Below are positions 9,414-19,020 of a stretch of DNA of 61,852 nt, in pieces. The notes beneath the pieces were generated by a model. It worked only from the letters and a program-made list of their open reading frames with translations. It was not told the origin of the DNA and did no database searches. A program made the position numbers and the translations under genes. Source of the stretch: Candidatus Eiseniibacteriota bacterium. Lineage in GTDB: Bacteria > Eisenbacteria > RBG-16-71-46 > CAIMUX01 > VGJL01. How positions within the stretch are numbered: the stretch's first letter is position 1; every line of letters starts with the position of its first letter. The stretch covers positions 1-61,852 of the forward strand of contig JBHGAY010000030.1 of NCBI GenBank assembly GCA_041946735.1. The letters are read 5' to 3'.

Positions 9414-9505
9414 GGACTGCCGGTGCTCCCTTGCCGAATCGACCGTCGCGGGCGCGACCGGGCTTGCCGCCGGTCCGTCCCCTGTCTGCATGATAGGCTC
9501 CATGG

Positions 9506-10873
9506 ATGAAACGGCTCCTGGTGATTGCGTACGCCGTTCCGCCCACGCGCGGCGCCAGTCCGGGCCGGGTGGGGCATCTGATCCGCCACCTGCCCGCCCA
9601 CGGATGGGAAGCGGTCGTCCTGACCCCCCGCCATCCGGAACGGGTCGTGACCGCCGAGAAGACGCGCGAGCACCGGAACTACCCGATCCCGCTGCGGCTC
9701 GTCCACGACGGAGGCGGAGTTCCCTACTGGCTGCAGGAGACCGGCTTCCAGGAGCTGTTCGCCGGACTGCGAAAGGCGGCGGGCCCACCGGCCGCCGCAG
9801 AGCAGACGCCCGGCCTCTACGGCAAGCGCGCGATCGATCCCGAAGCGCAGGCGCTCGAGGATCCGCCCGTGCCGAAATGGGCCTGGCAGCGGCTCATCGT
9901 GACTGCGCAATCGAATCCGGACCACCGGGCGGGCTGGGTCGAGCCGGGACTGCAAGCGGCCCGGGCCGTCGCGCAGGCGTTGCGCCTCGATGCGGTCTAC
10001 TCGCTCTCGCCTCCCGTCACCGCTCACAGGATCGCGATGCGGGCCGCCGAGAACCTCGGCATCCCTTGGATCGCCGAGGAGCGCGAGCGCTGGCGCGGCA
10101 GCGGCGTGGCGCTCGTCGACGCCCGGCGCCGCAGCCGGATCCTGCGCGCGGCGCGCGCGATCGGCTGCCTGCATCCCGAGCGGCTCCGCGCGAAGGTCTA
10201 TCGCGGCCGCGCGACGCGGATCCGGCCGAGCTTCGATCCGCGGGACCTCGGCGGCGCCCCCTCCGTCCCGCGCAAGCTGCCGCTCGTCGCGATGCACGCC
10301 GGTCCGACCTCCGTGGGCGGGCGCGACACCGGCATCCTCCTCGAGGCGCTCCGCATGCTGCTCGATTCGGGGACGATCGGGGGCGAGGAGATCCGGGTCC
10401 GCTTGATCGGCTCGCGGGATCCGGGGCTCGCCGCGGCGATCGGATCGCTGCGCCTGGGGGGGATCGTCACGCTGGAGCCGGAGATGCCCTGGCCGCTCTC
10501 GCTCGCGACCCAGCAGGACGCCTCCCTGCTGCTCGCCGCCCTCGGCCCGGGCGACGCCGGGCGCTTCCCCGATCGCTTCCTCGACGCCCTCACGGTCGGC
10601 CGCCGGCTGCTGGCGTTCGGGCCGGCCGATGCCGCAACGGCGAGCTTCCTGCGCGAATCGGGGGTCGGGAGTCACCATCCCGACAGCAGCTCGCTCGCCT
10701 CCGCCCTCGCCGATCGCATCCGCGCCGAGCAGAGCGGCCGGACCGACCAGCCCGAATGGGACGAGGAGGTGATTGCGCCTTTCCGCGCCGAACGGGTCGT
10801 GGCGGAGATCGTGCGCCTGATCGAAGCGGGGCCGGGGAAGCGCGCCGAGGACGGAGCGGGCGTCCGGCTATGA
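9506..10873 (+). CDS. Glycosyltransferase family 4-like protein
   Basis: N-terminal MKRLLVIAYAVPP...LPAHGWEAVVLT, SPPVTAH and PWIAE motifs of a GT-B fold. Confidence 0.75.
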   Translation: MKRLLVIAYAVPPTRGASPGRVGHLIRHLPAHGWEAVVLTPRHPERVVTAEKTREHRNYPIPLRLVHDGGGVPYWLQETGFQELFAGLRKAAGPPAAAEQTPGLYGKRAIDPEAQALEDPPVPKWAWQRLIVTAQSNPDHRAGWVEPGLQAARAVAQALRLDAVYSLSPPVTAHRIAMRAAENLGIPWIAEERERWRGSGVALVDARRRSRILRAARAIGCLHPERLRAKVYRGRATRIRPSFDPRDLGGAPSVPRKLPLVAMHAGPTSVGGRDTGILLEALRMLLDSGTIGGEEIRVRLIGSRDPGLAAAIGSLRLGGIVTLEPEMPWPLSLATQQDASLLLAALGPGDAGRFPDRFLDALTVGRRLLAFGPADAATASFLRESGVGSHHPDSSSLASALADRIRAEQSGRTDQPEWDEEVIAPFRAERVVAEIVRLIEAGPGKRAEDGAGVRL

Positions 10874-11728
10874 CGCCGCGGGCCGGCGCGACGAGGGCAG
10901 GACGATGGCCCGGACGGCGGCCGCGAGCTTGCGCACCCGCTCCGGATCGACCGGCGCTCCGACCCTCCCGTCCCGCTTGAGCCACGTGCCGGCGATGAAG
11001 CCATCGCAGTAGGGAGCGAGGTCGCGCACCGAGTCGGCCGTGACGCCGCTCGCCGCGTAGATCGGCGCGGCGGGGACCGCCGTGCGCACGGCGCGCAGCC
11101 GCTCCAGGTCGACCGGCGCGCCGGTGCGGGGACCGGTGACGAGCAGGACGTCCGCGAGCCCGCGCTCCACCAGATCGAGCGCCTCCTCCTCGACCGGCCG
11201 GGCGGCGACCGGAGCGGCGTGCTTGACGTCAACGTCGGCGAAGATCGCGACGGGACGGCCGAGCGCGCGGCGCAGCCGAAGCGTCTCGTCCGCCCGCCCG
11301 CGGAGGATCCCCTGGTCGGTCACGGCCGCTCCGAGGTGCACGTTCACGCGGATGCACGAGGCGCCGGTGACCGCTGCGATCGAGAGGGCGGCCGCCGCGT
11401 CGTTGCGAAGGACGTTCACGCCGAGGAGAAAGGCGCCGGGCGCCTGCGCCCGCAGCCGCGCCGCCGCCACCGTCATGGCGGCGACGGTCACGGGCGGGAC
11501 TGCATCAGGAAGGAAGGGCGCGTCGCCGAAGTTCTCCACGATCGCGCCATCCGCGCCGCCGCCGACGAGGGCATCGAGGTCGGCGGACGCGGCGCGCAAC
11601 GTCGCTTCGAAGTCCTCCGGGTCGCGTGGACTTCCGGGAAGCGGACCGAGGTGGACCATCCCGAAGAGCAGCGGGCGGCCTGCATCCGCCGGAAACCCGG
11701 CCCGCTCCAGGATCGTCGAAGGAGACAT
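10868..11728 (-). CDS. BtpA/SgcQ family protein
   Basis: GMVHLGPLPGSP, VENFGDAPF, GVNVLRND, ADVDVKHA. Confidence 0.93.
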   Translation of the reverse strand: MSPSTILERAGFPADAGRPLLFGMVHLGPLPGSPRDPEDFEATLRAASADLDALVGGGADGAIVENFGDAPFLPDAVPPVTVAAMTVAAARLRAQAPGAFLLGVNVLRNDAAAALSIAAVTGASCIRVNVHLGAAVTDQGILRGRADETLRLRRALGRPVAIFADVDVKHAAPVAARPVEEEALDLVERGLADVLLVTGPRTGAPVDLERLRAVRTAVPAAPIYAASGVTADSVRDLAPYCDGFIAGTWLKRDGRVGAPVDPERVRKLAAAVRAIVLPSSRRPAAS

Positions 11729-11768
11729 CGCGGCCCCCCTTCCCCTGCGTCCGCTCCCGTACCGCTCG

Positions 11769-12275
11769 CTAGTAACGGAACGTGTATCCGGCCAGCGCCT
11801 TCAGGTCCGGCGTGTCGTCGAGGCCGACCTTCAGCTCGAAGTAGACCGGAGTCGCAGGCTCGAGCGTCAGTCCGCCGAGCAGGTGCAGACCCAGCTCGGT
11901 GTCGGTGTCGTCGAACGGCGCCGGCCGGTCGTACTTGTACCATTGCAGAGCCAGCAAGCCGCCGACGTAGAGGGCGCCCACCCCTTCGACCGGGAAGTAG
12001 TAGGCCACGTCCGGATTGATCGCGAGAAGCGTGATGTCGTCTCCGAAGCCGAGATCGACGTTGGGCTGGAAGCGAAGGTTCGGAGCGAACTCGCCGAGGT
12101 CGAAATGCGCGCCGAAGAAGAACTGATCCGGATCGACCGACAGCCCGATCTGCGGGCCCCAGCCGTGGAACCCGAACGACTCGTCCTGCGCGCGGGCGGG
12201 GACCGCGGCGGCGAGGAAGACGAGGGCGATCGCGATTGCCGCGCACAGACCGGAGCACCGTGAACCCGAAGTCAT
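11769..12275 (-). CDS. Small outer-membrane beta-barrel protein
   Basis: Signal peptide, alternating beta-strands and a C-terminal aromatic (GYTFRY). Confidence 0.75.
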   Translation of the reverse strand: MTSGSRCSGLCAAIAIALVFLAAAVPARAQDESFGFHGWGPQIGLSVDPDQFFFGAHFDLGEFAPNLRFQPNVDLGFGDDITLLAINPDVAYYFPVEGVGALYVGGLLALQWYKYDRPAPFDDTDTELGLHLLGGLTLEPATPVYFELKVGLDDTPDLKALAGYTFRY

Positions 12276-12425
12276 CCGACCCCCTTTTCTGTTTGGATCC
12301 GAATGTGCAGGCGTTCAGATGCGATCATCGATTTCGCGATGCCGCCCCGTCAAGCGGACGAAAGGCCGGGGCGGAGCGCCGCGGAGCCGGGCGAGCGGCC
12401 TTCGACGATCCGGGGACGAAGAAAG

Positions 12426-12449
12426 GGGGCGCTCCCTGGGGAGCGCCCC
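12426..12449 (-). terminator. Terminator of the hsp20 pair
   Basis: 10-bp stem ggggcgctcc-ctgg-ggagcgcccc followed by CTTTCTTC on the minus strand. Confidence 0.6.
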
Positions 12450-12573
12450 GCTGGTTGCGAAGGCCGCCGGGCCGCAGGGTCAAGCCCTCGAACCCGGCAG
12501 CGATCGCGTCTGATCGATTCGGCGCGGACGTGCGACGTTGGTGAACGTCCGGCGACCGCCGTCGCTGCCTTCG

Positions 12574-12975
12574 CTACGAGTTGCGGATGTCGATCCGGCG
12601 AGGCAGGGCGTGCGGCGCCTTCGGCACCCGCACCTGCAGGACTCCGTTCTCGAGCTTCGCCTCGATGCGATCCCGGTCGACCATTTCGCCGAGCGTGAAG
12701 GCGCGGCAGAAGGTGACGGGCCGGCGCTCGCGCAGCAGATAGGTCGGCTTCTCCTCGCCGGCCTTGCGGGCGGCGGTCACGCGGAGCTCGTTGCCCTCCA
12801 CCTGGAGATCGACGTCCTGCATCGCCACGCCGGGGATCTCGATCGCGAGCGCGAAGTGATCGTCGTGCTCGGTGATGTCGGTGCGCGGGCGAACCGCCCA
12901 TTCCCAGCCGCGCGGCTGGTGACCGTTGCCGGTCTTCTGGACCACGTTCTCGTTCTGCGTCTCGGTGTGCATCAT
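12574..12975 (-). CDS. Hsp20/alpha-crystallin small heat-shock protein
   Basis: PRTDITE, EIPGV, FCRAFTL, AKLENGVL. Confidence 0.92.
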   Translation of the reverse strand: MMHTETQNENVVQKTGNGHQPRGWEWAVRPRTDITEHDDHFALAIEIPGVAMQDVDLQVEGNELRVTAARKAGEEKPTYLLRERRPVTFCRAFTLGEMVDRDRIEAKLENGVLQVRVPKAPHALPRRIDIRNS

Positions 12976-13074
12976 CTTCGTTCTACCTCCGCGGGGGGCG
13001 GCGCTCGCGCGCCCGCCGCCCGTCTCTCGTCTGGGTAATGGGTCTCGGGCTCTCTGCCTCGATCGATTCTCTGC

Positions 13075-13551
13075 TCAGGACGCGATCTTGATCTGCTTCG
13101 GCCGGGCTTCCTCGGACTTGGGGACCCAGATCTCCAGGACGCCGTCCTTGTAGGTCGCTTCGACCTTGCTCGCGTCGATCGCGCTCGGGAGGGTCAGCGC
13201 CCGCAGGAAGGTGCCGTGGCGCCGCTCGGTGCGGACGAAGGCGTCCTCCTTCACTTCCTTCTCCTGCTTCTTCTCGCCGCGAATCGTGAGCGTCTCGCCG
13301 TCCAACGTGACCTCGATCTGGTCGCGGCTCATTCCGGGAAGGTCCGCGCGCACGCGGTAGCCGCCGTCTTCGTGGAGAACGTCGACCGGCGGCGTCCAGT
13401 CCGCCGTGAGCATCCCTTCTCCGGAGCCGAACGCGGCGTCGAAGAGGCGGTTCATCTCGGTCTGCAAGTCCTGGAGGCCTCGGAAGCCGGTCCAGGGGCT
13501 CCCCATCCAGGGAGTCATCGATCTCCTCGGTTCCCATCTGACGAGCGCCAT
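13075..13551 (-). CDS. Hsp20/alpha-crystallin small heat-shock protein
   Basis: Start MALVRWEP after GGAGGG; WTPPVDV, ADLPGM, ERRHGTFLR, ATYKDGVLEI. Confidence 0.94.
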   Translation of the reverse strand: MALVRWEPRRSMTPWMGSPWTGFRGLQDLQTEMNRLFDAAFGSGEGMLTADWTPPVDVLHEDGGYRVRADLPGMSRDQIEVTLDGETLTIRGEKKQEKEVKEDAFVRTERRHGTFLRALTLPSAIDASKVEATYKDGVLEIWVPKSEEARPKQIKIAS

Positions 13552-13674
13552 TTCCAACCCTCCTTCTATCGTTCTTCTATCGTTCTCTTCAGGGACCCCG
13601 CTCACAGCTCCGCTTCTGCCGCCGGCGGTCTCGGAGTCCGACTCTCTCGTTCGCTCCTTACGCACCCGGTCTAT

Positions 13675-13690
13675 ATCAAGGCGCGTGCCA
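13675..13690 (-). promoter_or_regulatory. Putative sigma-54 promoter of the hsp20 operon
   Basis: TGGCACGCGCCTTGAT: consensus -24 element and correct spacing, but -12 reads GA instead of GC. Confidence 0.45.
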
Positions 13691-13815
13691 GGCGTGGTTC
13701 GACTTCTGCAACTTGCCGTCGGGGGCATGCTTAGGGAGACGTCGAGCGGGAGGTCACGAAAAGGCCGGCCCCGCGATCGCGCGGAGCCGGCCGGGAACGT
13801 TTCGAATGAGGAACG

Positions 13816-16128
13816 TCAGGCGTTCCGCGCTGCAACATCCTCCTGCGCCCAGGCTCGCCGCACGCGCCGCGCCGCCTCGACCAGGTTCTCGAGCGAGGGG
13901 ATCACCTCTTCGTAACGGCGCGTCTTCAGGCCGCAGTCCGGGTTCGCCCACAGGAGGTCGTGCGGGAGGAGGCGGCCGGAGCGCTCGAGCAACGCGACCA
14001 TCTCCTCGACCGGGGCCACCCTTTCGCTATGGACGTCGTAGACGCCCGGCCCGATCCCACGCGGATAGCGGAAGTGATCGAACGCTTCGAGCAGCTCGCC
14101 GGAGCTTCGCGAGTTCTCGATCGAGAGAACGTCGGCGTCCATCGCCGCGATCCAGGGAAGGATCTCGTTGAACTCGCTGTAGCACATGTGCGTGTGCACC
14201 TGCGTCGAAGGCTGCACCCCCGAGGAAGCGAGCCGGAAGGCGCGCACGGCCCACTCGAGGTACGACTCGCGCTCCGACGCGCGAAGCGGCAGCCCTTCGC
14301 GGAAGGCCGGCTCGTCGATCTGCACGATCCGGATCCCCGCCTTCTCCAGGTCCTGCGTCTCGTCGCGAAGCGCGAGCGCGATCTGGTTGGCGACCTCGGC
14401 GCGCGGCAGGTCGGTCCGCGCGAACGACCAGTTGAGGATCGTGACCGGCCCGGTGAGCATCCCCTTCACCGGCTTCGCGGTGCGCGACTGCGCGTAGCGG
14501 CTCTCGCGCACCGTCATCGGGCTCGGGCGCGAAACGTCCCCGAAGATGATCGGGGGACGGACGCACCTCGTGCCGTACGACTGCACCCAGCCGTTGCCCG
14601 TGATCATCATGCCCTGGAGTTGCTCGGCGAAGAACTCGACCATGTCGGCCCGCTCGAACTCGCCGTGAACGAGGACGTCGAGGCCGATCCGCTCCTGGAG
14701 CGCGATCACCTCGTCGATCTTCGCGTCGAGGAACGCTTCGTACTCTTCGCGCGTCGTCTTGCCGTTGCGCTGGCGGTTGCGCGCCGAGCGGACCTCCGGC
14801 GTCTGTGGGAAGCTTCCGATCGTCGTCGTCGGGAGCAGCGGGAGTCCCAGGCTCTTCTGCTCGGCCCGGCGCGCCTCGAAGGGGGCGCGCTCGAACGCCG
14901 ACGGGCTCAGGCGCGCGAGCCGGTCGCGAACGGCCGGGTCGTTGGAGCGCAGTGACGAGGCGCGGCGCGCGAGCAGCCGCGCGTTGCCGTCCAGCTCGGC
15001 GGCGACGGAGCTGCGCCCTTCGTCGAGTCCGCGGGCGAGGATCGAAAGCTCCTCGAGGCGCTCCTCGGCGAACGCGAGCCAGTCGAGCGCCTCGGCGTGC
15101 GGATGCGCGGCGTCGCCGCGTTCCTCGCGCTCCGCCCGCACGGTGTAGGGAAGATGGAGGAGGCTGCAGCTCGGCCCGATCCAGAGGCGGTCGCCGAGCG
15201 CCTCGCGCGCCTGCTCGAGCGAGGAGAGGATCGCCGAGAGGTCGCTGCGCCAGACGTTGCGCCCGTCCACGACGCCCGCGACGCAGATCTTCCCTTCCGG
15301 GAAGGCGCCGCGCCGCATGAGCAGGTCCCAGCCTTCGGAGCCGCGCACGAGATCGAGACCGATCCCTTCGACCGGCAGGGAGAAGAGGAGATCGCGATGG
15401 GGGCGCACGTCGGCGAAGTAGGTCTGCACGAGGATCCGCGGCCGGTTGCCGCGCGAGGCGAGAAGCGCATAGGCAGCGTCGATCTCCTTGCGCGGGACCG
15501 TCCCGTCGAGGACCAAGGCCGGCTCGTCGAGCGCGACCCACTCCGCCCCCTCCTTCGCGAGGAGCGCGAGCAGCTCGGCATAGAACGGAACGATCCGCGG
15601 CAGCATCGCCGCGACCGTCTCGCCCGCTTCGAGCTTCGCGAGATGGAGGAACGTGTACGGTCCCGGCAGGACCGGCTTCGGATCGAGTCCGAGCGCGCGC
15701 GCCTCCCGGATCCCCTCGAGCATCGCCTCGGGGTGCAGGCGGAAGGCGCCGCGCACCTCGGGGACGATGTAGTGGTAGTTCGTGTCGAACCACTTCGTCA
15801 TCTCGAGCGCCGGGAGGCTCTTCGTCCCGCGGGCCATCGCGAAGTAGACGGCGAGCGATGCCGGCTCGCCGAGGGCCGCGTAGCGATCGGGAATCGCGCC
15901 GAAGGTCACCGCGGCGTCGAGCATCGTGTCGTAGAGGCTGAAATCGCCGGTCGGGACCGGGCGGACGCCGTGCCGCTCCTGCACCTTCCAGTGCGCGGCG
16001 CGCAGCGAAGCCGCCGTCGCCCGAAGTTCCCCTTCGAGCGAGGCATCCTTCCAGAAGGCCTCGATCGCCTTCTTCAACTCGCGATCCTGCCCGATCCTCG
16101 GATAGCCGGGCAGCGTCACCTTCGTCAT
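13816..16128 (-). CDS. metE: Cobalamin-independent methionine synthase
   Basis: GYPRIG, MTKWFDTNYHY, TTIGSFPQT, HTHMCYSEF, NPDCGLKTR; AGGAG RBS before ATG 16128. Confidence 0.97.
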   Translation of the reverse strand: MTKVTLPGYPRIGQDRELKKAIEAFWKDASLEGELRATAASLRAAHWKVQERHGVRPVPTGDFSLYDTMLDAAVTFGAIPDRYAALGEPASLAVYFAMARGTKSLPALEMTKWFDTNYHYIVPEVRGAFRLHPEAMLEGIREARALGLDPKPVLPGPYTFLHLAKLEAGETVAAMLPRIVPFYAELLALLAKEGAEWVALDEPALVLDGTVPRKEIDAAYALLASRGNRPRILVQTYFADVRPHRDLLFSLPVEGIGLDLVRGSEGWDLLMRRGAFPEGKICVAGVVDGRNVWRSDLSAILSSLEQAREALGDRLWIGPSCSLLHLPYTVRAEREERGDAAHPHAEALDWLAFAEERLEELSILARGLDEGRSSVAAELDGNARLLARRASSLRSNDPAVRDRLARLSPSAFERAPFEARRAEQKSLGLPLLPTTTIGSFPQTPEVRSARNRQRNGKTTREEYEAFLDAKIDEVIALQERIGLDVLVHGEFERADMVEFFAEQLQGMMITGNGWVQSYGTRCVRPPIIFGDVSRPSPMTVRESRYAQSRTAKPVKGMLTGPVTILNWSFARTDLPRAEVANQIALALRDETQDLEKAGIRIVQIDEPAFREGLPLRASERESYLEWAVRAFRLASSGVQPSTQVHTHMCYSEFNEILPWIAAMDADVLSIENSRSSGELLEAFDHFRYPRGIGPGVYDVHSERVAPVEEMVALLERSGRLLPHDLLWANPDCGLKTRRYEEVIPSLENLVEAARRVRRAWAQEDVAARNA

Positions 16129-16309
16129 CGTCGCTCCTGTCTCCGGGCGCTCGCAGGCTTCCCTTGTCCCGCGAGGCCACGACACGGTACCCGTCCGGCG
16201 GCCGTTCGCATTGGATTTGCCCGACTGTACGCGGGCGACCCGTAGAGCCTCAAGCCCCGGGCGCTTGCCCCCCTCGACCGGCGGAACCTAGACTGGCCGG
16301 GGAGGGACG

Positions 16310-17452
16310 ATGGCGCTGAATTACTCGCTCGGGGAGGAGATCGACGACGCGGTCCTCGATCTGATCCATCGCGTCGGACGCAATCACAGCCCGCACATCA
16401 TCCGCGAGATCGCGACGACCGCGCTGAAGCTGGTCGAGGACAACGCTTCCCGCGGCGACCTGAAGATCATCAACAGCTCGCTGAAGGAGATGCGCTACGC
16501 CTTCCGGCTCTTCGCGCCGTTTCGCGCCTACCGCAAGGTGAGCATCTTCGGGTCTGCCCGTCTGATGCCCGACAGCGCGGACTATCGTCTCGCCGAAACT
16601 CTGTCCGCCCAGCTCGTCCGCCAAGGGTTCCTCGCCATCACGGGGGCGGGCCCGGGGATCATGGAGGCGGGCAACCGGGGAGCCGGCGAAGGAGGCAGCT
16701 TCGGCCTCGGGATCCGGCTGCCGATGGAGCCCGACTCCAATCCGTTCATCCAGCGCCCCGATCGGCTCATCAACTTCAAATACTTCTTCACGAGGAAGCT
16801 GATCTTCATCAAGGAGTCGGACGCGTTCGTGCTGTTCCCGGGCGGCTTCGGCACGATGGACGAGTGCTTCGAGCTGCTGACGCTGCTGCAGACCGGCAAG
16901 TGCGACCCGCGCCCCGTCGTCCTGATGGACCCGCCGGGGAGCGCGTACTGGCGCGACTGGCATCACTTCGTCCGCACGCGCCTGGCCGATCGCGGATTGA
17001 TCGACCCGCGCGACCTCGCCCTGCTGACCCACACGAGCGACGCCGGCAAGGCGATCGCCGAGATCCGCAGCTTCTACTCGAACTACCACTCCTCGCGCTA
17101 CATCGGCGACCGGCTGCTGATCCGTCTCGAGAACGAGCCGACCGACGAGCAGCTCGCGGAATGGAGCCTGCGTTTCCAGGATCTGATGACGAAGGGGGGC
17201 ATCACGCGCACGCCGCTTCCCGAGGAGGATCGCGAGGATCCGCTCCTGAAGCAGCTGCACGGCGTCCAGCTCCACTTCAACCGCAGGAACTTCGCGCGGC
17301 TTCGCGAGCTGATCGACGCGCTGAACGGCTACACGCGCGAGGGATGGGCGGACCAGGCCGGACGCGAGCCGTCGCTTGCGGCCGGGCTGGAGGACGAGGG
17401 TGGCGACGGCGAGCCGGCCGGGACGGGCGAGACGACGCTGCCGGACGTGTAG
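16310..17452 (+). CDS. LOG family (TIGR00730-type) nucleotide monophosphate nucleosidase
   Basis: VSIFGSAR, TGAGPGIMEAGN, FKYFFTRK, PGGFGTMDE. Confidence 0.92.
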   Translation: MALNYSLGEEIDDAVLDLIHRVGRNHSPHIIREIATTALKLVEDNASRGDLKIINSSLKEMRYAFRLFAPFRAYRKVSIFGSARLMPDSADYRLAETLSAQLVRQGFLAITGAGPGIMEAGNRGAGEGGSFGLGIRLPMEPDSNPFIQRPDRLINFKYFFTRKLIFIKESDAFVLFPGGFGTMDECFELLTLLQTGKCDPRPVVLMDPPGSAYWRDWHHFVRTRLADRGLIDPRDLALLTHTSDAGKAIAEIRSFYSNYHSSRYIGDRLLIRLENEPTDEQLAEWSLRFQDLMTKGGITRTPLPEEDREDPLLKQLHGVQLHFNRRNFARLRELIDALNGYTREGWADQAGREPSLAAGLEDEGGDGEPAGTGETTLPDV

Positions 17453-17533
17453 GGCGAGCGGGCGAAGGTCCGACTTCCGGAGCGCGGGCGGCGCCCGCGG
17501 GACGGGACGATGGGCAAGCGGGAGGGAGCGAGG

Positions 17534-18358
17534 ATGATTCCGCAGGTGCTCAGCATCGCAGGCTCCGACTCGGGAGGGGGAGCCGGAATCCAGGCGGACG
17601 TCAAATCGATCCAGGCCAACGGCGGCTATGCGCTGACGGTCCTGACGTCGATCACGGCGCAGAACACGCGGGCGGTCGTGGCCGCGTTCGACCTTCCCGT
17701 CGATCTGATCACACGCCAGCTCGAGGCGGTCTTCGAGGACTTCGACATCGCGGCCGTGAAGACCGGGATGCTCTCGAGCCCCGAGATCGTCGAGACGGTG
17801 TGCCGCTTCCTGGCCGAGCGCGAGGTCGAGAAGCTCGTGGTCGATCCGGTGATGATCAGCAAGAGCGGCTACCGGCTGCTGCAGGACGCGGCGGTCCGCG
17901 TCGTCCGCGAACGGCTGCTGCCGCTCGCCCTGCTCGTCACGCCGAACCGGCACGAGGCGCAACTGCTCGCCGGGATGGAGATCCATAGCGAGGACGACGT
18001 CCGGGAGGCGGGCTTGCGGATCCTCGAGACCGGATGCCAGGCCGTCCTCTTGAAGGGCGGGCATCTGGAGGGAAGTCTCGCCTGCGTCGACTACCTGGTG
18101 ACGCCTCGAGGACTGGAGGGGGTCTTCCCCGGGGAGCGGATCGAGACGCGGACCACGCACGGAACCGGCTGCACCTACTCGGCCGCGCTCGCGACCTGGC
18201 TCGGAAAGGGAGCGCCGCTCGAGGAGGCGATCGCCGCCTCGAAGCAGTACGTGACCGAGGCGATCCGGCACGGTCTCGAGATCGGGGCGGGACACGGGCC
18301 GACCGATCATTTCTGGTTCCTGCGTGAGGAGCCGCGTGAGGAGCGGGAGAGGAAATGA
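17534..18358 (+). CDS. thiD: Hydroxymethylpyrimidine/phosphomethylpyrimidine kinase
   Basis: IAGSDSGGGAGIQAD, VKTGML, DPVMISKSG, THGTGCT. Confidence 0.96.
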   Translation: MIPQVLSIAGSDSGGGAGIQADVKSIQANGGYALTVLTSITAQNTRAVVAAFDLPVDLITRQLEAVFEDFDIAAVKTGMLSSPEIVETVCRFLAEREVEKLVVDPVMISKSGYRLLQDAAVRVVRERLLPLALLVTPNRHEAQLLAGMEIHSEDDVREAGLRILETGCQAVLLKGGHLEGSLACVDYLVTPRGLEGVFPGERIETRTTHGTGCTYSAALATWLGKGAPLEEAIAASKQYVTEAIRHGLEIGAGHGPTDHFWFLREEPREERERK

Positions 18359-19020
18359 AGATCGGCCGCCTTCACGTCCTGACCGACGCCGAGATCCAGA
18401 CGCGCTTCGACCACGTGGAGATCGCCGAGCGGGCGATCCGCGGGGGCGCCGACGCGATCCAGTACCGGCGCAAGACCGGCTCGACGCGCGAGACGATTCG
18501 CGAGGCCCGGGCGATCCGCTCGCTTTGCCGGCGCGCCGGCATTCCCCTGATCGTCAACGACCGCGTCGACGTGGCTCTCGCGGCGGACGCCGACGGCGTG
18601 CATCTCGGACGGGACGACTTCCCGATCGAGAAGGCGCGCGAGATTCTCGGGCCGCACCGGATCCTGGGCGGTTCCGCGGGGACGGTGGACGAGGCCCGGG
18701 CCGGCCAGCGCGAAGGGGCGGATTACCTGGGCGTCGGACCGGTCTACGCGACGCGGACGAAGCCCGATGCCGGGCCGGCGGCCGGGATCGACCTGGTCGC
18801 CCAGGTGGCGACCGAGCTGACGATCCCGATCCTGGGGATCGGCGGGATCGACGCCGGCAACCTGGCGCCGGTGCTGGAGGCCGGAGCGTTCGGCGTGGCG
18901 ATCGTCTCCGCGATCTGCTGCGACCCGGATCCCGAGGAGGCGACGCGGCGGGTGCAGGCTGCGATCGCCGCCGCTCTGGCGGCCTCGGCGGGCCGGCACG
19001 GACCGACGGAAGGACGATGA
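18355..19020 (+). CDS. thiE: Thiamine-phosphate synthase
   Basis: IVNDRVDVALA, GVHLG, GPVYATRTK, IGGI; ATGA overlap with thiD. Confidence 0.95.
   Translation: MKIGRLHVLTDAEIQTRFDHVEIAERAIRGGADAIQYRRKTGSTRETIREARAIRSLCRRAGIPLIVNDRVDVALAADADGVHLGRDDFPIEKAREILGPHRILGGSAGTVDEARAGQREGADYLGVGPVYATRTKPDAGPAAGIDLVAQVATELTIPILGIGGIDAGNLAPVLEAGAFGVAIVSAICCDPDPEEATRRVQAAIAAALAASAGRHGPTEGR

Noticed and set aside
16200..17533. TPP riboswitch ahead of LOG-thiD-thiE-thiL
   Set aside because: I could not find the CTGAGA...ACCTG...GCGNAGG core upstream of either LOG or thiD, and the thiD gap is only about 80 bp.
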